In this document: positions 9,191 to 17,594 of the stretch, in pieces | Numbering within the stretch: position 1 is the stretch's first letter | Layout of the letters: each line of letters starts with the position of its first letter | Assembly (NCBI GenBank): GCA_044356215.1 | Contig: JBIKWQ010000041.1 | Coordinates: 1 to 30,654, forward strand | Direction of reading: 5' to 3' | From: Bdellovibrionota bacterium | GTDB lineage: Bacteria; Bdellovibrionota_C; UBA2361; OMII01 | Length of the DNA stretch: 30,654 nucleotides | Notes under the pieces: model-generated | What the model saw: the letters and a program-made list of their open reading frames with translations, nothing else | Told to the model about the DNA's origin: nothing | The model's database searches: none | Translations under genes and position numbers: made by a program

Positions 9191-9409
9191 ATGCCCGTAG
9201 GACGAGATAATAGAGGCGACATCTACATAATTCCCCTTGAGCTCGACGCCTGGCGCGATCTTGAAAAAAGGAGAGATGGATCTATTGAGCAAGCGCTCAT
9301 TGATTCTGGACTAGGGGATGTCGTTAATGCGCAAAGAGAGGCGACGAAATGCGCGCAAAAACGGCCAAAGCCTCCTGTCATATCAGACGAAAACAAACCA
9401 ACCGAATAG
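9191..9409 (+). CDS. Small hypothetical protein (72 aa)
   Basis: GAGGA RBS at 9180-9184, own candidate promoter, fills the gap before the likely cysE start. Confidence 0.55.
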   Translation: MPVGRDNRGDIYIIPLELDAWRDLEKRRDGSIEQALIDSGLGDVVNAQREATKCAQKRPKPPVISDENKPTE

Positions 9410-9452
9410 CGGCCATTTTCGGCTTGATATCCTATATGTATACTCAAGCCTA

Positions 9453-10244
9453 ATGACACCATCATCCTCCCAAGACACCTCCTATCTCTGGAGCTCTCTT
9501 TTAGCCTCGAGTCATCAAGTCTCAAAAGAGGAGCCAGACCTTGCCTCTTTTATTCATCAAGCCATCTCATCTTGGCCCTCTTACTCAGAGGCTCTAAGTA
9601 ACTTAATAATTAAAAACTTAAACCCCTCAAAGAGCTCTCAAGTATCACTTGAAGATCTCGTTAAAGAGGCGCTTAAAGGGGATCCCAATATCGCCTCCCA
9701 GAGCCTCTTCGATCTCCAAGCGATACAACAACGCGATCCCGCCTGTAAGAGCCCAGTTGAGGCGTTTCTCTTTTACCGCGGATTTAAGGCCCTGCAGTGC
9801 TATCGGGTCGCTCATTATTTCTGGAGCTCCCAACGTCACACCCTGGCTAGATACCTCCAATCAGTCTCTGTTGAGTCGTTCTCGATGGATATCCATCCAG
9901 GGGCAAGGATCGCTCAAGGTATCTTTATCGATCACGGAACCGGGATCGTTATCGGAGAGACAGCGATTATTGAGAAGAACGTCTCTATACTGCACAACGT
10001 AACTTTAGGTGGCACCGGCAAAACCAGCGGCGCGCGTCATCCAACTATCCGCGAGGGAGTGATGCTTGGGGCTGGATGCAAGGTCCTTGGAAACATTACC
10101 GTAGGCAAAAACTCGAAGGTCGCGGCGGGAAGTATCGTCTTACAAGATGTTCCAGATAATACTACCGCTGTGGGGATCCCAGCCCGAATAGTTGAGCGCG
10201 ATAAGAGCGAAGTTCCGGCTTATGAGATGAAGCAGGAGGTTTAG
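9453..10244 (+). CDS. cysE: Serine O-acetyltransferase
   Basis: RDPAC, FYRGFKALQCYRVAH, DIHPGARI, IDHGTGIVIGETA, TLGGTGK, RHP and hexapeptide repeats; start refined to ATG 9453. Confidence 0.95.
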   Translation: MTPSSSQDTSYLWSSLLASSHQVSKEEPDLASFIHQAISSWPSYSEALSNLIIKNLNPSKSSQVSLEDLVKEALKGDPNIASQSLFDLQAIQQRDPACKSPVEAFLFYRGFKALQCYRVAHYFWSSQRHTLARYLQSVSVESFSMDIHPGARIAQGIFIDHGTGIVIGETAIIEKNVSILHNVTLGGTGKTSGARHPTIREGVMLGAGCKVLGNITVGKNSKVAAGSIVLQDVPDNTTAVGIPARIVERDKSEVPAYEMKQEV

Positions 10245-10251
10245 GGAGGGG
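10207..10251 (+). repeat. Direct repeat copy 1 (3' end of cysE)
   Basis: 43/45 identical to 11855-11899; the first 32 bp are identical. Confidence 0.95.
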
Positions 10252-10266
10252 TTTTGCCGGCCTTCC
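10242..10266 (+). repeat. REP-like element, copy 1
   Basis: TAGGGAGGGGTTTTGCCGGCCTTCC is the exact reverse complement of 30501-30525; it begins at the cysE stop codon. Confidence 0.85.
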
Positions 10267-10277
10267 TTAAGGACGCA

Positions 10278-11687
10278 TTACAAAATCTCACTGATATTTA
10301 TAATTCGCGAAAAGTAGAGGTGGTTGTTCTTAGACTCGTTTAGGTCCCCTGAGGTGATTAGGACCTTGTTGATCGTTTTATTATCAAGATATCTGATTCT
10401 TGAGATCGCTCGATCTATCTCCTCTCCTACCTGCTTAAGGTCAACTCGGTCCTGATACTTGATCTCACATACGGTGCAAACCCTGTCTTGACGGTCAAAT
10501 ACCAAGTCGAGCTGACTAGCGAGACGCGAGCCTTCCTTTTTAGCCGCTTGAAAGTATGGGCCATACCGATACCTCACCGCCGAAAAACCTAATATCTTAG
10601 CGAATTCCTGGGCGTGATCCAGGCACATACTCTCGAAGCTATACCCCAACCAGGAACTCATCTTAGGGGAGTGAAAGACCTGATTTATAAAGTCGACACT
10701 CTCTAACTCGCCTCGCTTAATAAGAGGCTCAATGAATGTAAGATAAAATCTCAAATAATAATCAGCGAGATAAAACCTCTTCTGATTTGAGTTAAGGTTT
10801 TTATCGAAGGGGACAACGGCTCTTATGAACCCGGAATACTCTAGATCCCCTAATAATTCAGTGGTCTGACCGGAATTCGCCAAGCCAAATTCCTCGATTA
10901 TCTCGAGTCGACTAGCTCCGTTTAGTCGATGCGCGAGAAACTTGACTATTCGGGAATAAATCTGATTATTTCCAAAGTGACTGACGAAGATCTTATCGTA
11001 TTCCGCCGGGAAATAATCCATCTCTCTGGAGCAATGAAACTGCAGCGAGCGTAGAATTGAATCACGATCCCGCAACAGGCTCAGGTACTTGGGAACGCCG
11101 CCGACAAACAGATAGGCTAATATCAGTTCATCGGTCGACCGATTCGGAAACATTTGTTTAGCTTCGATTAGGGAAAATGGCTTCAAATGAATCGATAGGT
11201 CAACTCTTCCATATAGCGCCTTTGACCTCAGTACCTTTCGCACCATGAATGACGCCACAGAGCCACAAAGAACTAGTTTTAGTCCCGATATCTTTCTTAG
11301 ATACTGATCCCAAACAAGCTTAAGATTTGAAACTAACTCATTTCGATAGTTAGCCAACCACTGAAACTCATCGAACAGAATGACTGTCTCTTCGCTATCT
11401 CTGACGAGATCTTTTAATAGTTTGAGCAGGCTGAACCAATCACGTGGATAATCCTTCGGCACAGCTACGCCGTAGCTAGCTAACTGCTTGGCAAAGACCT
11501 CTCGCTGCTCACGAGAGCTGGAGTTCTCTAATCCCTCGAACGAGTAAAATCTAAATCCCTTAGACGCCTCCTCTATTAAGGAGCTCTTGCCAATCCTTCT
11601 CCTCCCGTACACGACACTAATGGAGGGGCTTAAGGCGCCGAAACGCTCTCTTAAAGCCGAAAGCTCTAATTCTCGACCTACAAACAT
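10278..11687 (-). CDS. Archaeal-ATPase-like (ATPase_2) P-loop protein with wHTH region and C-terminal PD-(D/E)XK-like domain
   Basis: FVGRExEL, YGRRRIGKS (Walker A), ILFDEFQW (Walker B), LCGS, GGVPKYL, QLDLVF...CEIKY. Confidence 0.9.
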   Translation of the reverse strand: MFVGRELELSALRERFGALSPSISVVYGRRRIGKSSLIEEASKGFRFYSFEGLENSSSREQREVFAKQLASYGVAVPKDYPRDWFSLLKLLKDLVRDSEETVILFDEFQWLANYRNELVSNLKLVWDQYLRKISGLKLVLCGSVASFMVRKVLRSKALYGRVDLSIHLKPFSLIEAKQMFPNRSTDELILAYLFVGGVPKYLSLLRDRDSILRSLQFHCSREMDYFPAEYDKIFVSHFGNNQIYSRIVKFLAHRLNGASRLEIIEEFGLANSGQTTELLGDLEYSGFIRAVVPFDKNLNSNQKRFYLADYYLRFYLTFIEPLIKRGELESVDFINQVFHSPKMSSWLGYSFESMCLDHAQEFAKILGFSAVRYRYGPYFQAAKKEGSRLASQLDLVFDRQDRVCTVCEIKYQDRVDLKQVGEEIDRAISRIRYLDNKTINKVLITSGDLNESKNNHLYFSRIINISEIL

Positions 11688-11854
11688 GATTTTCCGCTTC
11701 TATGGGTTCTATATCTCTATTTAAGCGGATTTTCGGTAGCTAAACAATCGATTTTCCGCTTTTATCTTAGCTCATGACTGGCTAAAGGCACATGTCTACC
11801 TTATTAAGGCTCAAGAGCATGACATTTCAGCAGGTTAGCGGTTTTTAAGCCGAG

Positions 11855-11899
11855 GCGAAGTTCCGGCTTATGAGATGAAGCAGGAGATTTAGGGTGGGG
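11855..11899 (+). repeat. Direct repeat copy 2 (orphan cysE 3' fragment, EVPAYEMKQEI*)
   Basis: See copy 1; mismatches at 11887 and 11895. Confidence 0.95.
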
Positions 11900-11908
11900 G
11901 CTATATTA

Positions 11909-13231
11909 TTACGTGCGCATCCCGATAACTCTATACCCGAAGCCTTTGTCATCAATTATGGAAGTACGGAGGTCGACTAGGCCAGCGCGCTCATGAGCAG
12001 CAGCAGATGCATTACTCTCTAAAACCCATGCTGATAAGTGCTCAGCTCCACCAGCCAAAGCGACATCACCCGCGAAGCGCACTAATTGAGCGTACCAATC
12101 AAGCTTTTTTACCCGAAAAAGCTCGCGGGCCACAACCGGGTCGCGCGCTGCAAGATATCCCCACGCATTCGTCACACCTAAATCTAGATAGCCAGCGTTC
12201 TCGGCTGCCGCTACTCTCTCCGCAATAAATGCGGGGATACGCTTGGGATCCGAGTAAATCAGGGCGAAATAGGCGATCTGCCCATCCAAACACTCCGTTA
12301 AGAGTGTTCCGCCGTAGTTCACTACACTGTCTTTTAGCTGGTCCATGGTGAAATGACGGTTATAGCCCTCGCGCCTATCTTCTTGAGCGGAACTCTCATA
12401 GGCCCAAAGGTTGCTCACCCTCTCAACTTCACTCCAATCATTCTCTGACGGGTGAATAGATCTGTCGCTATAGGCCCGGACCGATACGCGCGCGGCCTGA
12501 TCAGCGTATAGACCAAGCTCTTTTATGAGAAAATCATCTGACAGCTCTCTCTTGAGGTAGCTTATGGCACGCGTTTTATTACTTGCCCTTATTAGCCCAT
12601 TAGCCTTGGAGAAGATCGCCAAAAACTTACCAACACTCGACTCTCCTACATCTATTTCGCGGCCTGATTCCGCGACATCAGAAAGAAATCGGTACTCTAA
12701 CGCGTTTAAATCGCCTAGCTTTAATCTTTCAGGTTCAGCGATAAATTGACTCAACGATGCCGATAGGCGAAAGAACGCTTGATTAAGGCAACTGGTTATA
12801 ATTCGCTCCTGCTTAGCCGCGTACATATCATGCCAGACAAAGGGAGTTCCTCGACTGTCCTCTAAGAAAGCCTTGTTATTACCCTCCGGAATCGCACGGC
12901 CATGCGCAATCGCGTCGATCGCCTCTCTGAAATAATCAATCCTGTCCTGCGCCATAAAAAGAGAGATGTGTCGTTGCCCGTCAAAGGCATTAAGATCGCG
13001 CCAGAGGGTCTCTGTCTGGCTAATATATTCTAAGAGCTTACCTGCTCTTACCCGATCAGAGGCCTGCAATTTGCCCACCGCCTCCCTTAGCTCTCCAAGC
13101 GCGTTGATAAAATCAGAACTGAAGGGCGGAGCAACTGAGAGCCGATCGAAAATATTCTCTACGGACATCTCTCTTTGTGGCTTAGGACGATTATCGCCTA
13201 AAAAACTCTGACTTTGTCTTCTTAGCGCCAT
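11909..13231 (-). CDS. Hypothetical protein with probable C-terminal GNAT-like domain
   Basis: Long intact ORF. VRAY...DWSEVERV and HLSAWVLESNASAAAHERAGL resemble the GNAT N-terminus and motif B. Start ATG 13231 or 13237. Confidence 0.6.
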   Translation of the reverse strand: MALRRQSQSFLGDNRPKPQREMSVENIFDRLSVAPPFSSDFINALGELREAVGKLQASDRVRAGKLLEYISQTETLWRDLNAFDGQRHISLFMAQDRIDYFREAIDAIAHGRAIPEGNNKAFLEDSRGTPFVWHDMYAAKQERIITSCLNQAFFRLSASLSQFIAEPERLKLGDLNALEYRFLSDVAESGREIDVGESSVGKFLAIFSKANGLIRASNKTRAISYLKRELSDDFLIKELGLYADQAARVSVRAYSDRSIHPSENDWSEVERVSNLWAYESSAQEDRREGYNRHFTMDQLKDSVVNYGGTLLTECLDGQIAYFALIYSDPKRIPAFIAERVAAAENAGYLDLGVTNAWGYLAARDPVVARELFRVKKLDWYAQLVRFAGDVALAGGAEHLSAWVLESNASAAAHERAGLVDLRTSIIDDKGFGYRVIGMRT

Positions 13232-13237
13232 AATCAT

Positions 13238-13266
13238 AGAATACGGGTATATAGCCAGGTAAGCAA
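13238..13266 (-). promoter_or_regulatory. Sigma70 promoter, leaderless
   Basis: Minus strand TTGCTT-17 bp-TATTCT; ATG 13231 lies 6 nt downstream. Confidence 0.55.
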
Positions 13267-13371
13267 ACCTACCGATATGGCCTACTCATGGGTCGAAGCT
13301 CTAAAAGCCAATCTTATTAACCCCATGCGGGGCTTCCACCTTCTAATTAGTTCTGTTATTAGCTGTGTTTT

Positions 13372-14679
13372 ATGAAGGGAACTACAGCTACCGCGAGCCG
13401 CTTGGTTAGAGAACGTGAATTTATCGAGGGCTTTTTGGATTTCGCGCGCTCGCTTCAAGAGCGCAACCAATTCATAGTTCGCGCCTATGACACAGACATG
13501 CTCCCAGTGGAGTTTCACATCCTTGTTGAGCTCGATAATCATAGCGCCTTAACTGGCGCTGAGTTATCAATCTATCTAGGAATATCTACAGCACGACTAT
13601 CGCTTATTCTCAAAAAGATGCGCTCCAGGAAGCTCATCAAAATTGAGACAGATACAAACAATGCCAGAAGAAAACCTTTCGCTATTACTTCATACGGAAG
13701 AGATCTTTTAAATCACGGAGATCGGCTAGCTGACCAGAGACTTACTTTAATCGGTCGGGACTACGAATCTTATCAGATAAGCCGCATGGCCGAACTACTG
13801 GGCGCTATAGCCGACCAATTAGGGATAGCTCCATCAAAAAAACGATCTCGTGAGCATCCTCTCCGGTCCCCGATACGCCGACTGACGCGATGGCTTGGGC
13901 TTCTCGGGAATAATTTTTTTGAGTCAGATCTATCCCCGCTTGAGTGGCACATCATCGCGGCACTCGCTCAAGATGGCGAGGACCTAACAGGACGAGACCT
14001 CTCCTCACGTTTTGGCGCTAGCAAGCAGCTCATCTCGAAAGTCTTTAAAGGACTCACCAAACGTGAATTGATTACACCAAGCGAATCAGAGCAAGATAAA
14101 CGCGTCCGATTTTGGCGCGTGACCGAATCTGGATCTCGATTGCTCGCTAACAGGACGAGTCGATGCTCACTGGCTATTGATAGGGCGATGCGAGGAATCC
14201 CACGCAAATTAAAAGACGGAGGAGTTTTTTCAGATCTCTTCTCACTGGCGGGATTACAAACAACCAAAACAGAGCTTAAGATTACGCGCATAACGGATAG
14301 CCGCGCTCTGGCTCGGGAGGCTCAAAGATTCCTCGAAACAACGAATTCAAGTAACTCACTATTAGCTCAGTGTATCTTGGCGATTAACCGCGCGACCAGT
14401 AAGGACCAGCGGATAGACGCAACTTCAGTTACGGCACCGTCCTCTAAGGGTGACTCTCCAAGAGACACTTTAATCGTTGGGAAAATATCGAATGCCTTGG
14501 GCCGCGACACCCACCACTTTTTGCTAAGCCACATCTCTTCTGAGCTAGCGAAGGAGCGGATCCTTAATTCTATCCAAGAGGCAGCTTCAGGCAATTACAT
14601 CTCGAAAATGGGGGTCTCCGGCGCGATTCCAATAAAGTCGCTAGGTTTTTTTCTGACCGAGCTGCGGACGCGCGATTAG
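13372..14679 (+). CDS. Tandem MarR-type winged-helix protein with an extra C-terminal domain
   Basis: Two MarR repeats: LPVEFHILVEL..LTGAELS..NARRKPFAITSYG and LSPLEWHIIAAL..LTGRDLS..DKRVRFWRVTESG. Confidence 0.8.
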   Translation: MKGTTATASRLVREREFIEGFLDFARSLQERNQFIVRAYDTDMLPVEFHILVELDNHSALTGAELSIYLGISTARLSLILKKMRSRKLIKIETDTNNARRKPFAITSYGRDLLNHGDRLADQRLTLIGRDYESYQISRMAELLGAIADQLGIAPSKKRSREHPLRSPIRRLTRWLGLLGNNFFESDLSPLEWHIIAALAQDGEDLTGRDLSSRFGASKQLISKVFKGLTKRELITPSESEQDKRVRFWRVTESGSRLLANRTSRCSLAIDRAMRGIPRKLKDGGVFSDLFSLAGLQTTKTELKITRITDSRALAREAQRFLETTNSSNSLLAQCILAINRATSKDQRIDATSVTAPSSKGDSPRDTLIVGKISNALGRDTHHFLLSHISSELAKERILNSIQEAASGNYISKMGVSGAIPIKSLGFFLTELRTRD

Positions 14680-15729
14680 AGAACCAATCTGGGATTGCTG
14701 ATAAACCATGAGAAGGGCTTCCCGACCTGATATTAGGGCACTTGATGGGCGGCCACTTAGGAAAGACTTCAGCATGATATGCAACTTGTTAAACCTTGTC
14801 GTTGTAAAAGAGTTAGCCGCCCCGTCACAGCGATCGCTAAACTCGTCAGTTCCATCGGGCAGATCAAAGGCTACTGAGGTGTGATGGCAGGGGCCGTTAA
14901 TTGATCCACTTCTCCATTTAACTTCAACTGTTCGCTCTTTTTTCGTCGCTTTATAACTACCAGCGATCTCAATTTTAATCGCTCCGCCGTCGGGCCTCAA
15001 TGACTCTAAGTACGCGGTTCCACTACTCACGAGTCCATGCTCCCTGTTAGGGTCTCCCTGTCCCGCCCCCGCACCGACATAAGAATCATGAGATGCGGAA
15101 GCTCTTGTAACCTTCGGTTGACGCAATCCCAAATCCTTGCACAACGTTGAAACAGCCGCTAACGGATGGGGGAACTCGTCATTAAACCACCCATTAGATG
15201 GTCTATTATCTCCAGTTCTATCCTTAGACCAGCGCGCCGCAATCGATATCGGATACGCATTCCCAGCCTTTAGCAACTCGAGAAAATCGCGATAAGCAAG
15301 CGACGCGTTACATACAAATCCAGTCCTAATATTTAGCACGCTATTATACTTTTCAAGAAAGTTAGACATCTGGCTAGCATGGCTTACGTGAACCAGAGGC
15401 TTTTCGCAGAGCACAGCGACAGGTTCGTTGTTCCTTCGATTCTTTGCCATGACACCCAGTGTTTCGAGAATATTGAGATGCTCAGTTGTTGGCGCGGCGA
15501 CTATGACTTTACTAAAGCCGGAGTTGGAAGTCTCTTTTAGCGCGTCTAGAAGGCACCGATAATAACGGAGCGACAATTCAGAGAATAATTTCTTAGCTGA
15601 GTCTGTAGGATTTGGTTCTACTACCGATACTCCGGGAGCAGACAATTCGTCTAGGGTGCGAAGATAGTTCTGACCCATGAAACCCGCACCTACTACTAGC
15701 ACCTTGGATTCCGCTTTTTGACTTGCCAT
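14641..15729 (-). CDS. Gfo/Idh/MocA family oxidoreductase
   Basis: VLVVGAGFMG, AAPTTEH, VLCEKP, GWFNDEFPH; AGGTGG RBS. Confidence 0.85.
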   Translation of the reverse strand: MASQKAESKVLVVGAGFMGQNYLRTLDELSAPGVSVVEPNPTDSAKKLFSELSLRYYRCLLDALKETSNSGFSKVIVAAPTTEHLNILETLGVMAKNRRNNEPVAVLCEKPLVHVSHASQMSNFLEKYNSVLNIRTGFVCNASLAYRDFLELLKAGNAYPISIAARWSKDRTGDNRPSNGWFNDEFPHPLAAVSTLCKDLGLRQPKVTRASASHDSYVGAGAGQGDPNREHGLVSSGTAYLESLRPDGGAIKIEIAGSYKATKKERTVEVKWRSGSINGPCHHTSVAFDLPDGTDEFSDRCDGAANSFTTTRFNKLHIMLKSFLSGRPSSALISGREALLMVYQQSQIGSLIARPQLGQKKT

Positions 15730-15808
15730 AAAATACCACCTAACTCACTCGTCTGTTCAGTGCGCCCGTTCATAGATTCCCGGGCTCAATTTACCTGCAT
15801 GTTTTACA

Positions 15809-15836
15809 AGTTTACCGCTGCGGCTATGTTAGTCAA
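15809..15836 (-). promoter_or_regulatory. Candidate sigma70 promoter for the oxidoreductase
   Basis: Minus strand TTGACT-16 bp-TAAACT. Confidence 0.45.
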
Positions 15837-15977
15837 CTTTTATTATATATTACTATCGTCCTCCCTGAATTTGGCCTACTGTATCAGTGCGTGAGACTTG
15901 GCTCGATTTTACTATCGTCTTAACCTTCAAAGTTTCAATAATTTAGGGTACTTTAGCTCAACAATCTCGAAGATAAC

Positions 15978-16006
15978 TTGAGCATCCCGCATATTTACTG
16001 TAAAAT
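15978..16006 (+). promoter_or_regulatory. Candidate sigma70 promoter for the 16028 operon
   Basis: TTGAGC-17 bp-TAAAAT. Confidence 0.45.
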
Positions 16007-16027
16007 AAGAGCAGGTTTAAGAACACT

Positions 16028-16894
16028 ATGTCATTTACCAGCTCCGAACACGCGACTTCTTATATTAAAGCCCTTCTGCGGCCCCTGGTTAAGTGGTGCC
16101 TTAAGTACGGCTTGCGATCCGCTAAGGTAGAGGAGCTGGTCAGAGAGGCTTTCGTTGATGAGGCTGCGACAGAGATCAGAAAAGCCGCGGGCGCTTTCAG
16201 CATTAGCAAAGTAAGCATTATAACCGGACTCCACAGAACAGAGGTCTCTAGGCTCTTATCAGAAGAGGGCGAGGACGACGGGCAGCACGATCTGCTCACA
16301 AGAGTTATCGGACTCTGGTCATCATCAAAGAGGTATCGCGCCAAAGATGGCACAACGCGTGAGCTTACCCATGAGGGGTTATCGAGTGAGTTTGCTCGAC
16401 TCGTCGCCGAGATCAGTAAAGAGGTAACTCACTATCCGATCCTCTTTGAGCTAGAGCGTATCGGAGCTATCGAATACCACGAAAACAGAGTACGTCTGAT
16501 AACCCGCGAATACACCCCAAGTAAGGATTTAGATTATGGCTTAAGCCTTTTAAGTCTAGATGTCGCGGATCTTACATCCGCCATTGAGGCCAATCTAAGC
16601 GAGACTAATAAAACTCCTAGCCTGCATCTAAGAACTGCTTTCGATAATATCGATCCAGCGCGTTTAGATGAGGTTAGGCGGTGGATTATGAAACGCGGGG
16701 CTCAGTTTCAGAACGAGGTGCGGGATTACCTAGCCTCGGTTGACCGCGATACTACAAGCGAATCCAGCGCTGAGAATACGGAGCGCGCACGTGTCGCTGT
16801 AACGGCATTCTCTTACGCCGAACCTATTCAAGCTATCAAACCTATTCCGCCCAGAAAGAGGGGCCGAAAAAAGGCATCGCAAAATGAAAAATAA
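16028..16894 (+). CDS. DUF6502-like protein (N-terminal HTH-like motif)
   Basis: LLRPLVKWCLKYG..AFVDEA..SKVSIITGLHRTEVSRL..RVIGLW..ELERIG pattern recalled for DUF6502. Confidence 0.7.
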   Translation: MSFTSSEHATSYIKALLRPLVKWCLKYGLRSAKVEELVREAFVDEAATEIRKAAGAFSISKVSIITGLHRTEVSRLLSEEGEDDGQHDLLTRVIGLWSSSKRYRAKDGTTRELTHEGLSSEFARLVAEISKEVTHYPILFELERIGAIEYHENRVRLITREYTPSKDLDYGLSLLSLDVADLTSAIEANLSETNKTPSLHLRTAFDNIDPARLDEVRRWIMKRGAQFQNEVRDYLASVDRDTTSESSAENTERARVAVTAFSYAEPIQAIKPIPPRKRGRKKASQNEK

Positions 16895-17594
16895 GATCTC
16901 GCTATATTTCGCGTCTTTATGCGTGTTTCTCGCCGCTTGCGGTGGCGGTACTACTGGAACATCCCCAACTGACTCACTTAAGTTCTCAGGCTTCGCCGCC
17001 GACGCGAACAACCAGCGCCTAGCTGGCCTTAGCATGACCGTGAGATCTGGAACATCTGAGCGTGACCTAGAGCAATCAGGTACCGATACGAGCGGAGACT
17101 TTAGTATGCGGCTTCCAGATAGTGAGAGCTCTTTAATAGTTGATGTAACAGGTATTGGTGCTGTAACAGTTAAGCGACAGCTATCTGGTCCGGGAACTAT
17201 CTCCACTAAATTAGCTACTACGCGGGATAACACTTTAGAAGCGCGTGATCTCTTTGAGGCACGGGTAAATGAGGGCTCTCTCTGTGAGCAGTTAGCCCTT
17301 GCATCGGGCGATCAGATCCTAGTCACCTCAAGCGACCTAGATAAGCCGTGTCCCGTAACGATCGATATCGCCTCAAGAGAACTTAGTGGTGCTGATTTTA
17401 AAGTTACTCTTAGTGGCGTATGTGGTGGGGCTCTCAAAAACTTAGCGACGGTATCTGCAACAAATAACGGCGGAGTAATTTCAAGCGCTACTGTAGACAT
17501 AGAGCCGGCGGTAACAGCCGGATGTAAGGAGCTACAGATATCGGTTACTCACCCAAGAAACAAAGGCTTAAATGCGGTGTTTTTGGTGGATTAA
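16884..17594 (+). CDS. Predicted lipoprotein
   Basis: Basic N-terminus, hydrophobic core and LAAC lipobox, followed by GGGTTGT; overlaps the upstream gene by 11 nt. Confidence 0.8.
   Translation: MKNKISLYFASLCVFLAACGGGTTGTSPTDSLKFSGFAADANNQRLAGLSMTVRSGTSERDLEQSGTDTSGDFSMRLPDSESSLIVDVTGIGAVTVKRQLSGPGTISTKLATTRDNTLEARDLFEARVNEGSLCEQLALASGDQILVTSSDLDKPCPVTIDIASRELSGADFKVTLSGVCGGALKNLATVSATNNGGVISSATVDIEPAVTAGCKELQISVTHPRNKGLNAVFLVD

Noticed and set aside
9318..9452. 45-aa N-terminal extension of CysE
   Set aside because: Non-ATG start, overlaps the better-supported 9191 ORF, and is not CysE-like.
8964..10244. BioF-like protein and CysE both end in KQEV*
   Set aside because: Different codons and only four residues; probably chance.
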